Shown in pieces: positions 15,332 through 23,597 of a DNA stretch of 64,000 bases; the first letter of the stretch is position 1, and each line of letters starts with the position of its first letter. The notes below the pieces were generated by a model. That model did not search any database, was not told where the DNA came from, and saw only the letters and a program-made list of their open reading frames with translations. The stretch comes from Pseudomonadota bacterium (lineage in GTDB: Bacteria; Pseudomonadota; Alphaproteobacteria; Micavibrionales; UBA2020). A program made the translations under genes and the position numbers. The DNA is taken from assembly GCA_023444705.1 (NCBI GenBank), contig JAEXMB010000033.1, positions 581 to 64,580 of the forward strand, written 5' to 3'.

Positions 15332-17986
15332 ATGACCGATCACACTGGTTACACCGGCTACCGCTTTATGGTTGATGCCAAGACGTCGCGCCAATACGCC
15401 CTGCGCTATGTCGACGGCGCCCCCCAGCCCCCGGTGACCATCCACGCAACAGACGTGGCGGAAAGCAAACTCAAGCCCCATGAAACTGTTTTCGCCTTTG
15501 ACGACGAAATCCAGACCGAAAAGCGCGCCGACGGCGTCTATCTGTCGACCGTTGTCTGGCAGATGAAAGCCAACGCCAACGGCGATTTCGGCCAGGGCGC
15601 CGAAGGCAAGCGTTGCGCTGTTGAATACAAAGTCATCTTCAAGCCCGACGCCGAGCGCGAAGGTGCAGTGAACATCGAATACGTGCTGACCGATGAATCG
15701 CGCGCGGATCTTGATGAAAAAGGCTTCTCCGAAGACCTGCCGGAAATGTTCGTGGAAGAACTCGAACTCGACAACCCGGGCATCGACCGCGCACGCGGCA
15801 TCGTCAAGCCGGAAATCCTCTCCACCATCGCCTTCCCGCCGCATCACAACGGCAGCGCCACGATCGCGCGTTATAACGTCGAGCAAAACCCGCAGCCCGC
15901 GCCCAAGCCGGCCACTGTGAGCCAGCCCGCCGCCAATACCAATACCGCGCCGCGCCCGACCCCCGCGTTCCCCCGTCCGACGTCGACCACGTCGCCGCGC
16001 ACGCGCACTGTCGAGCGTCCGCGCGTTCCCGACAGCGCGATCGAGGCGATCATCAAGCAGTTCTGCGACGACCTCAGCGAAAAAGCCGCCAGCGGCAAGC
16101 TTGACCCCGTCGTTGGCCGCGATGGCGAAACCGATCAGGCGCTGAAAGTCATGAGCCGCCGTAAGCAGGCCAGCATGTGCTTCACCGGCGATGCCGGCGT
16201 GGGTAAAACCGCGATGTTCTCGGCCGTTGCGCAACGCCTGCACGACGATCGCGATAACCTGCCCGAAAGCCTGAAGGACGCGCGCGTTCTGGTGCTTGAC
16301 TTGCAGGCGATGAACGCGGGCGCGAAATTCCGCGGCCAGTTCGAAGAAAAGCTGAAACCGCTGATCGACGGCCTGAAAGAGCGCGAAGGCTACCTCAAAG
16401 GCCGCAAGGTTATCCTGGCGATCGACGAGATCCACAGCCAGCTGACCGCCGGTAAAGCCGAAGGCGGCTCTGACGCGGGCAACATGATGAAGCCCTTCCT
16501 GACCTCGCAGGGCATCTCCGTCATGGGCACCACCACGGCCGAAGAATACCGCAAGTACATCGAGAAAGACGGCGCGTTGTCCAGCCGCTTTGAACAACTC
16601 GTTGTCGGCGAGCCGAGCGCGAAAGACACCAAGCTCATCCTCAACAGACTGTGGCCGCTCTACCGCGATCACCACGGCCTGACGCAGGACCTGTCGGACG
16701 AAGACCTTGATTACATCGTCACCATGTCCAACCGCTACGCGCCCAACGAATCCCAGCCCCGCAAAGGCGAGAAAGTTCTCTCGACCGCAGCGGCTTCGGC
16801 TGAATTCCGCGGCTCGAGCAAGATCGAAAAAGAAGACATCATCTCCGCCGTTGCGCAGATGTCGAAACTGTCGGTCGACTTCCTCAACCAGAACGACCTC
16901 GAGCGTTTTGTGCAGATGGAAAAAGAGCTGCCGCAGAAAGTTCTCGGCCAGCCCGGCATCCAGAAAGTCGTCGACGGCCTCGTCGGTGCGCGCTCGGGCC
17001 TGAACGATCCCAACCAGCCCTGGGGCTGCTTCGTTCTGCAAGGTCCGACCGGTACCGGTAAAACCGAACTCTGCAAAGAGCTGGCACGTTACCTGTTCGG
17101 CACCGAGGAAGCGATGATCCACCTCAACATGGGTGAATACGCGCAAGAACATTCGGTCGCCCGCCTGATCGGCGCGCCTCCGGGCTATGTCGGCTTTGAC
17201 AGTGCCGAACCCGCCCTGACCGAAAAAGTCCGCCAGCGCCCCTATTCGATCGTCCTGTTCGACGAAATCGAAAAAGCGCACCCGAAAGTCTTTGACGTCC
17301 TGCTGCCCGTCCTCAACGACGGCAAGATGGAAGACAACCAGGGTAAAACCGTTCTGTTCAACAACTGCATCGTCGTCATGACCACCAACCTGGGTGCAAA
17401 AGACGCGATGGCGCTGGTGAAAAACGGCGGCACTGCAGGCATGGGCTTTGGCACCGAAACCAAGGCAAAAACGCCCGAAGAAATGCAGGACGATCTTGCC
17501 AAGGTCTACAAAAAGGCCCGGGGCGACTTCTTCCGCCCCGAAATGATCAACCGTATCGAGGAGCTGGGCGGTTTCGTGACCTTCCTGCCCCTGAGCCAGG
17601 TTGTCGTGTCCAAGCTGATCGACCGTGAAATCACCAAGGTCAGCGCGCGCCTGAGCAAAAACGACGGTGCAGGCCTGGCCGGTGTCAGCCTCGAGGTCGG
17701 CGAAGAAGTCCGCGCGAAACTGGCGAAAGACGGCTACGTGCCCGAAATGGGCGCGCGTCCGATGCGCAAAGTCATCCGCGAGCAGATCGCCAACCCGCTG
17801 GGCAAATGGCTGATGGTCAACAAGGAAGAGCTGATGACCTTCGTTGCCAAGAACGGCCCCGCGAAACTGGTCATCAACAAAGTCGGTGCCGATTTCGCAC
17901 CGAAGATCGAAAAGGCCGTCAGCAACACCAACGAAGTTGTTGCCAAGCCGGTCCGCAAAAAGGCAGCTGGCCCCAAACCGGGCTAA
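15332..17986 (+). CDS. atypical two-ring Clp/Hsp100 AAA+ ATPase (ClpA/ClpV-like, no long M-domain) with a non-canonical N-terminal domain
   Basis: D1 has Walker A FTGDAGVGKTAM and Walker B ILAIDEIH. D2 has VLQGPTGTGKTEL, IVLFDEIEKAHPKVFDVLLPVLNDG and sensor-2 GARPMRKVI. The first roughly 260 aa (MTDHTGYTGYRFMVDAKTSRQYALRYVDG... then a Pro/Thr-rich linker) do not resemble a Clp_N repeat. Start taken at ATG 15332, downstream of CAGGAG. Confidence 0.85.
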   Translation: MTDHTGYTGYRFMVDAKTSRQYALRYVDGAPQPPVTIHATDVAESKLKPHETVFAFDDEIQTEKRADGVYLSTVVWQMKANANGDFGQGAEGKRCAVEYKVIFKPDAEREGAVNIEYVLTDESRADLDEKGFSEDLPEMFVEELELDNPGIDRARGIVKPEILSTIAFPPHHNGSATIARYNVEQNPQPAPKPATVSQPAANTNTAPRPTPAFPRPTSTTSPRTRTVERPRVPDSAIEAIIKQFCDDLSEKAASGKLDPVVGRDGETDQALKVMSRRKQASMCFTGDAGVGKTAMFSAVAQRLHDDRDNLPESLKDARVLVLDLQAMNAGAKFRGQFEEKLKPLIDGLKEREGYLKGRKVILAIDEIHSQLTAGKAEGGSDAGNMMKPFLTSQGISVMGTTTAEEYRKYIEKDGALSSRFEQLVVGEPSAKDTKLILNRLWPLYRDHHGLTQDLSDEDLDYIVTMSNRYAPNESQPRKGEKVLSTAAASAEFRGSSKIEKEDIISAVAQMSKLSVDFLNQNDLERFVQMEKELPQKVLGQPGIQKVVDGLVGARSGLNDPNQPWGCFVLQGPTGTGKTELCKELARYLFGTEEAMIHLNMGEYAQEHSVARLIGAPPGYVGFDSAEPALTEKVRQRPYSIVLFDEIEKAHPKVFDVLLPVLNDGKMEDNQGKTVLFNNCIVVMTTNLGAKDAMALVKNGGTAGMGFGTETKAKTPEEMQDDLAKVYKKARGDFFRPEMINRIEELGGFVTFLPLSQVVVSKLIDREITKVSARLSKNDGAGLAGVSLEVGEEVRAKLAKDGYVPEMGARPMRKVIREQIANPLGKWLMVNKEELMTFVAKNGPAKLVINKVGADFAPKIEKAVSNTNEVVAKPVRKKAAGPKPG

Positions 17987-18003
17987 TCGCCAAGACCTTC
18001 TCC

Positions 18004-18041
18004 AAAAAATCCCCGGAAAGTCATTTCCGGGGATTTTTTGT
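18004..18041 (+). terminator. rho-independent terminator after the Clp-like gene
   Basis: ATCCCCGGAAA (18009-18019), loop GTCA, TTTCCGGGGAT (18024-18034), then TTTTTTG. Confidence 0.85.
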
Positions 18042-18152
18042 TTCATCACAAAGAGATAGCGCAAAAGCAGGCGGGCAAGAAAAGCTTGACTCTTTGTATT
18101 ATGGCTAATAAAGTCAGGGCATTCATTTCCGCCGTCTTTAGGAGAGTCGCTT

Positions 18153-18974
18153 ATGTCCGTCAGCTATAATGGCAAAAAACCCGGTGCCCTCTGGTACATG
18201 CGCAAGCGCACCGGCGCGTTAATTGCGGCCTGCAAAGACAAAAGCACACGCCATATCGCGCGCGCCATGCGCCGCGACGGCATGCTCAGCACCGCTGGCT
18301 TTGCCACCGCAGGCATCTTCCTCAAGGTTTCAGCCACTGCCATCACCGGCTTTATCTTCAGCTATGGCCTGCCCGTCGCGGCTGGTGCAGGCGTGCTGAT
18401 GGGGGCAAAAAGCTACATGTCCTATCGTAAATCCGCCAAGAGCGGCAAAAAATCCACGCACGTGCGTGACGGGCTGATTGCCGTCGGCGCAATTGGTGTC
18501 GGCGTATTCCTGCTCAGCTCCGGTGCCGCTGCCGTGGTGGCAATGGCCGTTGGCGTCGGCGCACCGGTCGCCGCTGGGGCAGGCATTTTGTTCGCGGGCA
18601 AGGGTTGGCTTGCCAGCCGCAAGCTTGGCAAATCAGCACCTGCGTATAATTACATGCGCAAGGCCGAGCAAAACTGGCTCGACAAAAAAGAACGCGCACC
18701 TCTTCACAAGCGCATCGGCGCAACGCTGGCGCGCATCGCAACCAGCCCTTTGCGTCTGTTCACCCGCAAAGGCGCGCAACAAGACACCGCACAGCAAGAT
18801 GCGCCCGCGCTGGAACAGCAAGGCCGCGCGCCTGCGCTTGAAGCCACCGCCGGTGATGCTTTTGCGAAAAGCGCGCCCGCGGGCGAGCAAGACCCGCAAC
18901 GCGCCGCTGCCGCGGCAGAACGCGCCGCCGCACGCCAGCGCCGCCAGCGCGATGGCGGTACGCGCTTTAACTGA
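18153..18974 (+). CDS. Gly/Ala-rich membrane protein with two bilobed hydrophobic blocks, hypothetical
   Basis: Blocks TAGFATAGIFLKVSATAITGFIFSYGLPVAAGAGVLMGA and GLIAVGAIGVGVFLLSSGAAAVVAMAVGVGAPVAAGAGILFAG, followed by an A/Q/R-rich tail. Same architecture as 12278..13878. Confidence 0.6.
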   Translation: MSVSYNGKKPGALWYMRKRTGALIAACKDKSTRHIARAMRRDGMLSTAGFATAGIFLKVSATAITGFIFSYGLPVAAGAGVLMGAKSYMSYRKSAKSGKKSTHVRDGLIAVGAIGVGVFLLSSGAAAVVAMAVGVGAPVAAGAGILFAGKGWLASRKLGKSAPAYNYMRKAEQNWLDKKERAPLHKRIGATLARIATSPLRLFTRKGAQQDTAQQDAPALEQQGRAPALEATAGDAFAKSAPAGEQDPQRAAAAAERAAARQRRQRDGGTRFN

Positions 18975-18992
18975 TCGCCGGATAGCGCGCAT

Positions 18993-19030
18993 AAAAAAGA
19001 GCGGCCTTGATAGGGCCGCTCTTTTTTATT
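18993..19030. terminator. bidirectional rho-independent terminator between convergent genes
   Basis: A-run, AGAGCGGCC (18998-19006), loop TTGATAG, GGCCGCTCT (19014-19022), T-run. Confidence 0.75.
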
Positions 19031-19060
19031 CAATCGCAGTGCAGCAGTGCAGCGGCGCGA

Positions 19061-19708
19061 TCATCCGCGCCCGACGATACTGTGCAATGCCGCGACATCG
19101 CGCGCGGGCAGTTCCTCCAGCCGCGCGGGATTAAAGGCCTGCACCACGATTTTGTCGGCGGATTTTTGCGCAAGACGGCGCAACAGCACACGTCCGTCGG
19201 TGAATTCGACCACGCAGTCGCTGCCCGTCATGACCGGTTTGGCCGGATGCACATAGACCAGCTCGCCGCGGAAATAGCGCGGCTGCATATCTTCGCTGTC
19301 GACATAGAGGGCATAGGCATCGCGCAGCGCAAACTGGTGCGGATGGCGCACGGCCCAATCAATCACCTCAGCCGTGCGGCGGTCGCGGTAAACAGGTACG
19401 GGAGGCGGCATGGCATGCGCGGCAGCGTCGCGGCCGTCAATCTCTGTCCTGCGCACGTCGGAAAAGCCGCGCGCGGGCGTGCGGGCATTTTGCTGATACT
19501 CGGCAGAGGTCGCGCGGCCAAGGTCAAGCGTGACACCAAGATAGTCTTCAATCACCGGCAGCTCGTCCGCCATGATGTTGCGGCGGCCATAAAGCATGCG
19601 GTTCACAGCGGCGGGATTGACCCCCATACGCTCGGCAAGGCCGCGTTGCGTCAGGCCAGGCGTGCTTTCAAGGTAGTGACGGATTTTTTCGTGCAAACGC
19701 ATATTCAT
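19061..19708 (-). CDS. CI/LexA-like repressor (XRE HTH plus S24-like domain with apparently degenerate catalytic dyad)
   Basis: HTH GLTQRGLAERMGVNPAAVNRMLYGRRNIMADEL. C-terminal domain YALYVDSEDMQPRYFRGELVYVHP...GRVLLRRL. Start is ambiguous among TTG 19750 and ATGs 19732, 19720, 19708 and 19702. Confidence 0.75.
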   Translation of the reverse strand: MNMRLHEKIRHYLESTPGLTQRGLAERMGVNPAAVNRMLYGRRNIMADELPVIEDYLGVTLDLGRATSAEYQQNARTPARGFSDVRRTEIDGRDAAAHAMPPPVPVYRDRRTAEVIDWAVRHPHQFALRDAYALYVDSEDMQPRYFRGELVYVHPAKPVMTGSDCVVEFTDGRVLLRRLAQKSADKIVVQAFNPARLEELPARDVAALHSIVGRG

Positions 19709-19832
19709 GGCACCGAGCATAAGCGATTTCATAAAATGATAAAAGTGCAATTTTTAAAAGAAATAATAATTCTTTTATATCATTAGTTTAATAACATAAA
19801 TTGCGAAAATCAAATTATATATAGACTTTTAA

Positions 19833-19847
19833 TTGCGTATATCGCAA
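19833..19847. promoter_or_regulatory. candidate operator palindrome in the AT-rich divergent repressor/early-gene intergenic region
   Basis: TTGCG-TATAT-CGCAA is a perfect inverted repeat. Another TTGCG half-site is at 19801-19805. The surrounding 19751-19860 is very AT-rich. Confidence 0.35.
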
Positions 19848-19957
19848 TATTGTCAGGATCGCGATTCGACAGTTCCTGCGCACTCCGGCCATCCCTGATG
19901 GCGCGGCGTACAGGCCGACGAAACGCTCGCGCATAACAAGACAAGGAACGCCGACAG

Positions 19958-20455
19958 ATGACACGCAGAAAGTGGTTTAGAGTTTATCACGGCCTTGCCA
20001 GCGATATGACGCTGGCCGTCGCAGCCGAGCAGGCGGCCATCACCCGCGCGGACATGATCGCGCTGTGGCTCTGCCTGCTCGACCATGCCAGCCGCGCCAC
20101 TCCTGCGGGTAGCATCGCGCAATTTGAAAAAGAAGAAACCGCCTTGTTGCTCGGCCTGCCGCTGGCACGCGTTGAAGCCGCCCTTGCCGCCTTGCACGCG
20201 CGCAAAAAAATCGATACCCACCAGCGCATCACCGGCTGGGACAAGTACCAGCCAAGTTCAACCGCGCGCGTGCGTGCCCTGCGCGCGCGACGCCAGACAA
20301 CGCCAAAGGCACCGCAGGCCGCAACCCCTCCTGCCCCACCACGCACGCCGGTGCGCGATGCGGATCATGACAGCCCCGCCGCGATTGCCGCACGGCGCGC
20401 ACGTCTGCAGCACAACAACGCGCTCATCATCGGCCAGCCTGCACGCAACGCCTGA
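19958..20455 (+). CDS. phage early-region hypothetical protein
   Basis: AAGGAA RBS. Divergent from the repressor. 165 aa with a basic, Pro-rich C-half. Confidence 0.6.
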   Translation: MTRRKWFRVYHGLASDMTLAVAAEQAAITRADMIALWLCLLDHASRATPAGSIAQFEKEETALLLGLPLARVEAALAALHARKKIDTHQRITGWDKYQPSSTARVRALRARRQTTPKAPQAATPPAPPRTPVRDADHDSPAAIAARRARLQHNNALIIGQPARNA

Positions 20456-20493
20456 ATTTCCGCTACGTCACGTGTTTTAACGGATGTCATCTT

Positions 20494-21090
20494 ATGTGCC
20501 AGACAACGTCTCTTCCGCCCCGCCCTCACGCTAAAAAGAAATCAACCCCGCGCAAGCCCGTGGCAGCACCGCTTGATCCGTGGCATGACTGGCAACCGCA
20601 ATGGCATGGCAAGAAAACAGGCGAGACACCCCATAGCCTTCAGGAAAGACACGCGCCCACCGTCGCCGTTACCATGCGTATCAGTGCAGAGCGTGCAGAT
20701 TACGTCTGCCAGCGGCGCATGCTGGATGCGCGCCTCTGGGACAGCCTGCCGCGCGAGGCACAGGATGCCGCCACCGACATCGCCGCATCCTACGAGGCCC
20801 TGACCAGAGGCATGGGGGCAGCCACGTCGAACTGGGCGCGCGTTCCCGGCGCGCGCAACCCGGGCGCCGTATCAAATGGCTATGGCCGCCTGAGCGGCAC
20901 TTACATGGATTGGGCCCGCGCCTGCCACGGCGCGGGGATCAGTCATTCAATGATCATCGATGTGCTGTGCCTTGGTATCAGTTGCGCCGCTCTTGACCGC
21001 GACCGCCGTGTGCGCAAAGGCACGTCGCGCCAGAACCTGCACGACGGGTTGATGCTTTATGCACGTCAGCGCGGCTGGGTGCGCAACTGA
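20494..21090 (+). CDS. phage early-region hypothetical protein
   Basis: 198-aa ORF on the same strand as its neighbours. No motif recognised. Confidence 0.5.
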   Translation: MCQTTSLPPRPHAKKKSTPRKPVAAPLDPWHDWQPQWHGKKTGETPHSLQERHAPTVAVTMRISAERADYVCQRRMLDARLWDSLPREAQDAATDIAASYEALTRGMGAATSNWARVPGARNPGAVSNGYGRLSGTYMDWARACHGAGISHSMIIDVLCLGISCAALDRDRRVRKGTSRQNLHDGLMLYARQRGWVRN

Positions 21091-21127
21091 AAATTGAGGC
21101 TTGGATTGACCACTGCGCGGCGCTAAC

Positions 21128-21433
21128 ATGAACACCATGTCAGCTTCTAAAAAACATACGCCGGCGTATACCCCCTATACCACGCGCCCCGTGCTGCCGG
21201 CCGGGCTGGCGGCGTTCTTCAATGACGTTGCACCGCAGGGATCCATCCTGCCCGCGCGCAAATGCACCACCCCCGCCGAGCGGCCGTCTGCCGCGCCTGC
21301 CATGCCTTATACGACGCATGGCAACGAGGTCAGTCAGATGGCCGAGCTGCGCATCCGCCAATGGATCGTCCAGCAGGAACAGGATTTGCGCAAACAGCAC
21401 CACCAGCGCCTGTTCGGTCAGCCCAAGGGCTAA
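21128..21433 (+). CDS. phage early-region hypothetical protein
   Basis: 101-aa ORF. No motif recognised. Confidence 0.45.
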   Translation: MNTMSASKKHTPAYTPYTTRPVLPAGLAAFFNDVAPQGSILPARKCTTPAERPSAAPAMPYTTHGNEVSQMAELRIRQWIVQQEQDLRKQHHQRLFGQPKG

Positions 21434-21552
21434 AAACGTCATAAAATTACCCTGTTGTTACAGGCAGTTGGTTTTTATCGGCCCTTTAACCTGCCTTTAA
21501 CCACCACCTGATAGGGTTGAAACTGAGGGATTATTTTATTGAGGGTTTATTC

Positions 21553-21870
21553 ATGATCGAGTCGACAGTGTCCTTGTCCGCTACCTTTCGCAACGCTTTT
21601 GACAAACGCGTCGCCGATGCGGCAGGGGAAGTCGGCCGCGCCGAAGACCTGATCTCAAACTTCGAACAGCACCTCAAAACCGGCCAGCGCGTCGATACCG
21701 ATGCCGTCAAGGACGCGCGCAAGCTGGTCAGCGATCTCAACATGACAGGCAGCGCGATGGCCCTTGAAGGCCTCAACGGCAATATGTCCGATGACGAGCT
21801 GCAGACCAGCATCACCAAGGTCGAACGCGTGGCCGAACGCCTGACAGGCGTGCTGGCGCGCATCCGCTGA
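21553..21870 (+). CDS. hypothetical helical protein
   Basis: GAGGG RBS 7 nt upstream of the ATG at 21553. 105 aa. Followed by a strong terminator. Confidence 0.55.
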   Translation: MIESTVSLSATFRNAFDKRVADAAGEVGRAEDLISNFEQHLKTGQRVDTDAVKDARKLVSDLNMTGSAMALEGLNGNMSDDELQTSITKVERVAERLTGVLARIR

Positions 21871-21883
21871 AGATCCGCAAACG

Positions 21884-21918
21884 AAAAAAAGCCCCCGGCT
21901 TTCACCGGGGGCTTTTTT
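21884..21918. terminator. bidirectional rho-independent terminator
   Basis: AAAAAAA, GCCCCCGG (21891-21898), loop CTTTCA, CCGGGGGC (21905-21912), TTTTTT. Confidence 0.85.
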
Positions 21919-21939
21919 ATCGTATTGATCTACGCCTGC

Positions 21940-22425
21940 TTAAAACTTGAAGCCGTCGCCGTTATCCTTGGGCGGCTTGCGCGCGGGCGGTGCCGGCGGC
22001 GTGGGGGGCTTTGGCGGTGCGGGCGGCTGCTTGGGCAGGCCAAAATCCATGCCCGGCAGTTTGGGCAGGCCGGGAATACCGGGCAGGTTGCCCAGCATCG
22101 GCAGCAGCGTTTTCATTTCATCCTGAATGTCGCGCGCCAGGTCAGCCAGCACGCTGGCGACTGCAGGATTGGTCTGCGCTTCGCGCTTGAGCTGCGACAG
22201 CGTCATTTGCAGATCCATGATTTGCGGCAGCATCTTCATCATCATGCGCTTGGGATCGCTGTCCTGATTGCGCGGATCCATTGATTGCGTGATCAGGTTG
22301 TCGATCTTGGTAGCCAGTTTCTTGAAGCTGCGTTGCGCGCTGCCGCTGTCGGCCTCGGCTGCGCGGTTGAAAGCCTCGCGGATACGCTCAACGGCTTTGA
22401 GGATTTCTTCGGGATCAAAACTCAT
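21940..22425 (-). CDS. hypothetical protein with a polyproline C-terminal region
   Basis: 161 aa. Helical N-part, then GIPGLPKLPGMDFGLPKQPPAPPKPPTPPAPPARKPPKDNGDGFKF. Confidence 0.6.
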   Translation of the reverse strand: MSFDPEEILKAVERIREAFNRAAEADSGSAQRSFKKLATKIDNLITQSMDPRNQDSDPKRMMMKMLPQIMDLQMTLSQLKREAQTNPAVASVLADLARDIQDEMKTLLPMLGNLPGIPGLPKLPGMDFGLPKQPPAPPKPPTPPAPPARKPPKDNGDGFKF

Positions 22426-22621
22426 CGTCTACTCTCCATGCCTGGACCGGTGCTGAACTTGCAAACGGCCATTATTATTCAGAAACAAAGTATCTGAGCA
22501 TCCCCCAGATGGCGGGCAGGGTCAATACGTTCGATGACCATAATCGCAGCGCAGCATGCAGTTTTTTCTTTCGTCTGCCATGCGCAGTTACGCTCATATG
22601 GAAATAATCTATACAGGAACT

Positions 22622-22664
22622 AAAAAAGGCCCTGCGCCGTTTATCAGGCACAGGGCAATAAAAC
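22622..22664 (-). terminator. orphan rho-independent terminator-like hairpin (minus-strand orientation)
   Basis: Minus strand reads GCCCTGTGCC, loop TGATAAAC, GGCGCAGGGC (one mismatch), then TTTTTT. It lies inside the doubtful ORF 22475..22681. Confidence 0.5.
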
Positions 22665-22765
22665 GAGACGACGTTAACCATTCATTCAGTATTTGGTGGT
22701 GTAGAATGTAAACACCTACCACATCTCGTAGAAGCGACCATTTCCTCACCCCCTAGGAGGCACCC

Positions 22766-23371
22766 ATGGCAGCACCGACGCACACCATCGATCTGATCGC
22801 CTACAACTTCAATATCGAAAGCACCGATTTCTTCACCACCCTGCAAAAAGCCGCGCGCCCTTCGCTGGTCGGCGAAAGCTACCTGCACACCCTTGCGCGC
22901 GAAGGTGACGCGCTGACAATCGACCTGCTCTTGCAAGACGGCGCGGATGCCGATGCTGTTGACGCACAAGGCAATCGTCCCCTGCACGAAGCCGCCCGGT
23001 GCGGGCATGCCGATGTCGTGCAGTTGTTGCTCGACCACGGCGCGAAAATCGACGCCAAATCCGACCCGCTTGGGGTCAGCGCCCTGATGCTGGCGATTGA
23101 GCAGGGCCATGACGATGTCGTACGCCTGCTGGTATCGCGCGGGGCAAGCCTTGCCGCCCGCAATCGCCTTAATGGCTATGGCGTGCTACACCTTGCCGCG
23201 CAACGCGGCGACCTGACGACGATCGGCCTGCTGGTCAGTGCCGGCGCGGGCGTCTTCATGGAAGACCGCCAGGGCCAAACCCCGCGCGACCATGCGGCGC
23301 GCACGCGCAATCGCGCGGCCGAGCAAGCCCTTGTCAAGGTGATGACCCACCAGGCCCGCTATCTTCACTGA
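22766..23371 (+). CDS. ankyrin-repeat protein (cargo gene of the phage-derived element)
   Basis: AGGAGG RBS. About 5 ANK repeats, e.g. GNRPLHEAARCGHADVVQLLLDHGAKIDA and GVLHLAAQRGDLTTIGLLVSAGAGV. Confidence 0.85.
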   Translation: MAAPTHTIDLIAYNFNIESTDFFTTLQKAARPSLVGESYLHTLAREGDALTIDLLLQDGADADAVDAQGNRPLHEAARCGHADVVQLLLDHGAKIDAKSDPLGVSALMLAIEQGHDDVVRLLVSRGASLAARNRLNGYGVLHLAAQRGDLTTIGLLVSAGAGVFMEDRQGQTPRDHAARTRNRAAEQALVKVMTHQARYLH

Positions 23372-23597
23372 TCGCGCAAAGCTGCCACCAGACAGCATTG
23401 TTGACGTCCGCCTGCGCGCGCGTTTGCGTGGTATCCAGCCCGTCCGTATAGACGGGCTGGTAAACCGCGCAAAAGCTATCGTGTGAAGCGCGCACGCACG
23501 CGGCGGGCAAAAACAGCGTCGCGCAACAGGCGATCGCGCACATGTGCGGCCTGTATGACCGTTTTTCTTTGCTCTTCGTCATTGTCATGGCGTTCAT
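23334..23597 (-). CDS. o-spanin (Rz1-like outer-membrane lipoprotein), overlapped architecture
   Basis: Basic n-region, hydrophobic MCAIACCATLFLPAAC ending in Cys, and a mature part containing CAVYQPVYTDGLDTTQTRAQADVNNAVW. It starts in a different frame inside the i-spanin ORF and extends past that ORF's stop. Confidence 0.55.
   Translation of the reverse strand: MNAMTMTKSKEKRSYRPHMCAIACCATLFLPAACVRASHDSFCAVYQPVYTDGLDTTQTRAQADVNNAVWWQLCAISEDSGPGGSSP

Noticed and set aside
15314-18064. 916-aa ORF antisense to the Clp-like ATPase gene
   Set aside because: It has a low-complexity Arg/Gly/Ala/Val-rich composition typical of shadow ORFs in GC-rich DNA. The sense strand carries unambiguous AAA+ motifs, and the antisense ORF has no RBS or motif.
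22475-22681. 68-aa minus-strand ORF in the 340-nt gap before the ANK cargo gene
   Set aside because: It has no RBS, a strong terminator hairpin lies inside it, and its composition is unlike that of neighbouring genes.
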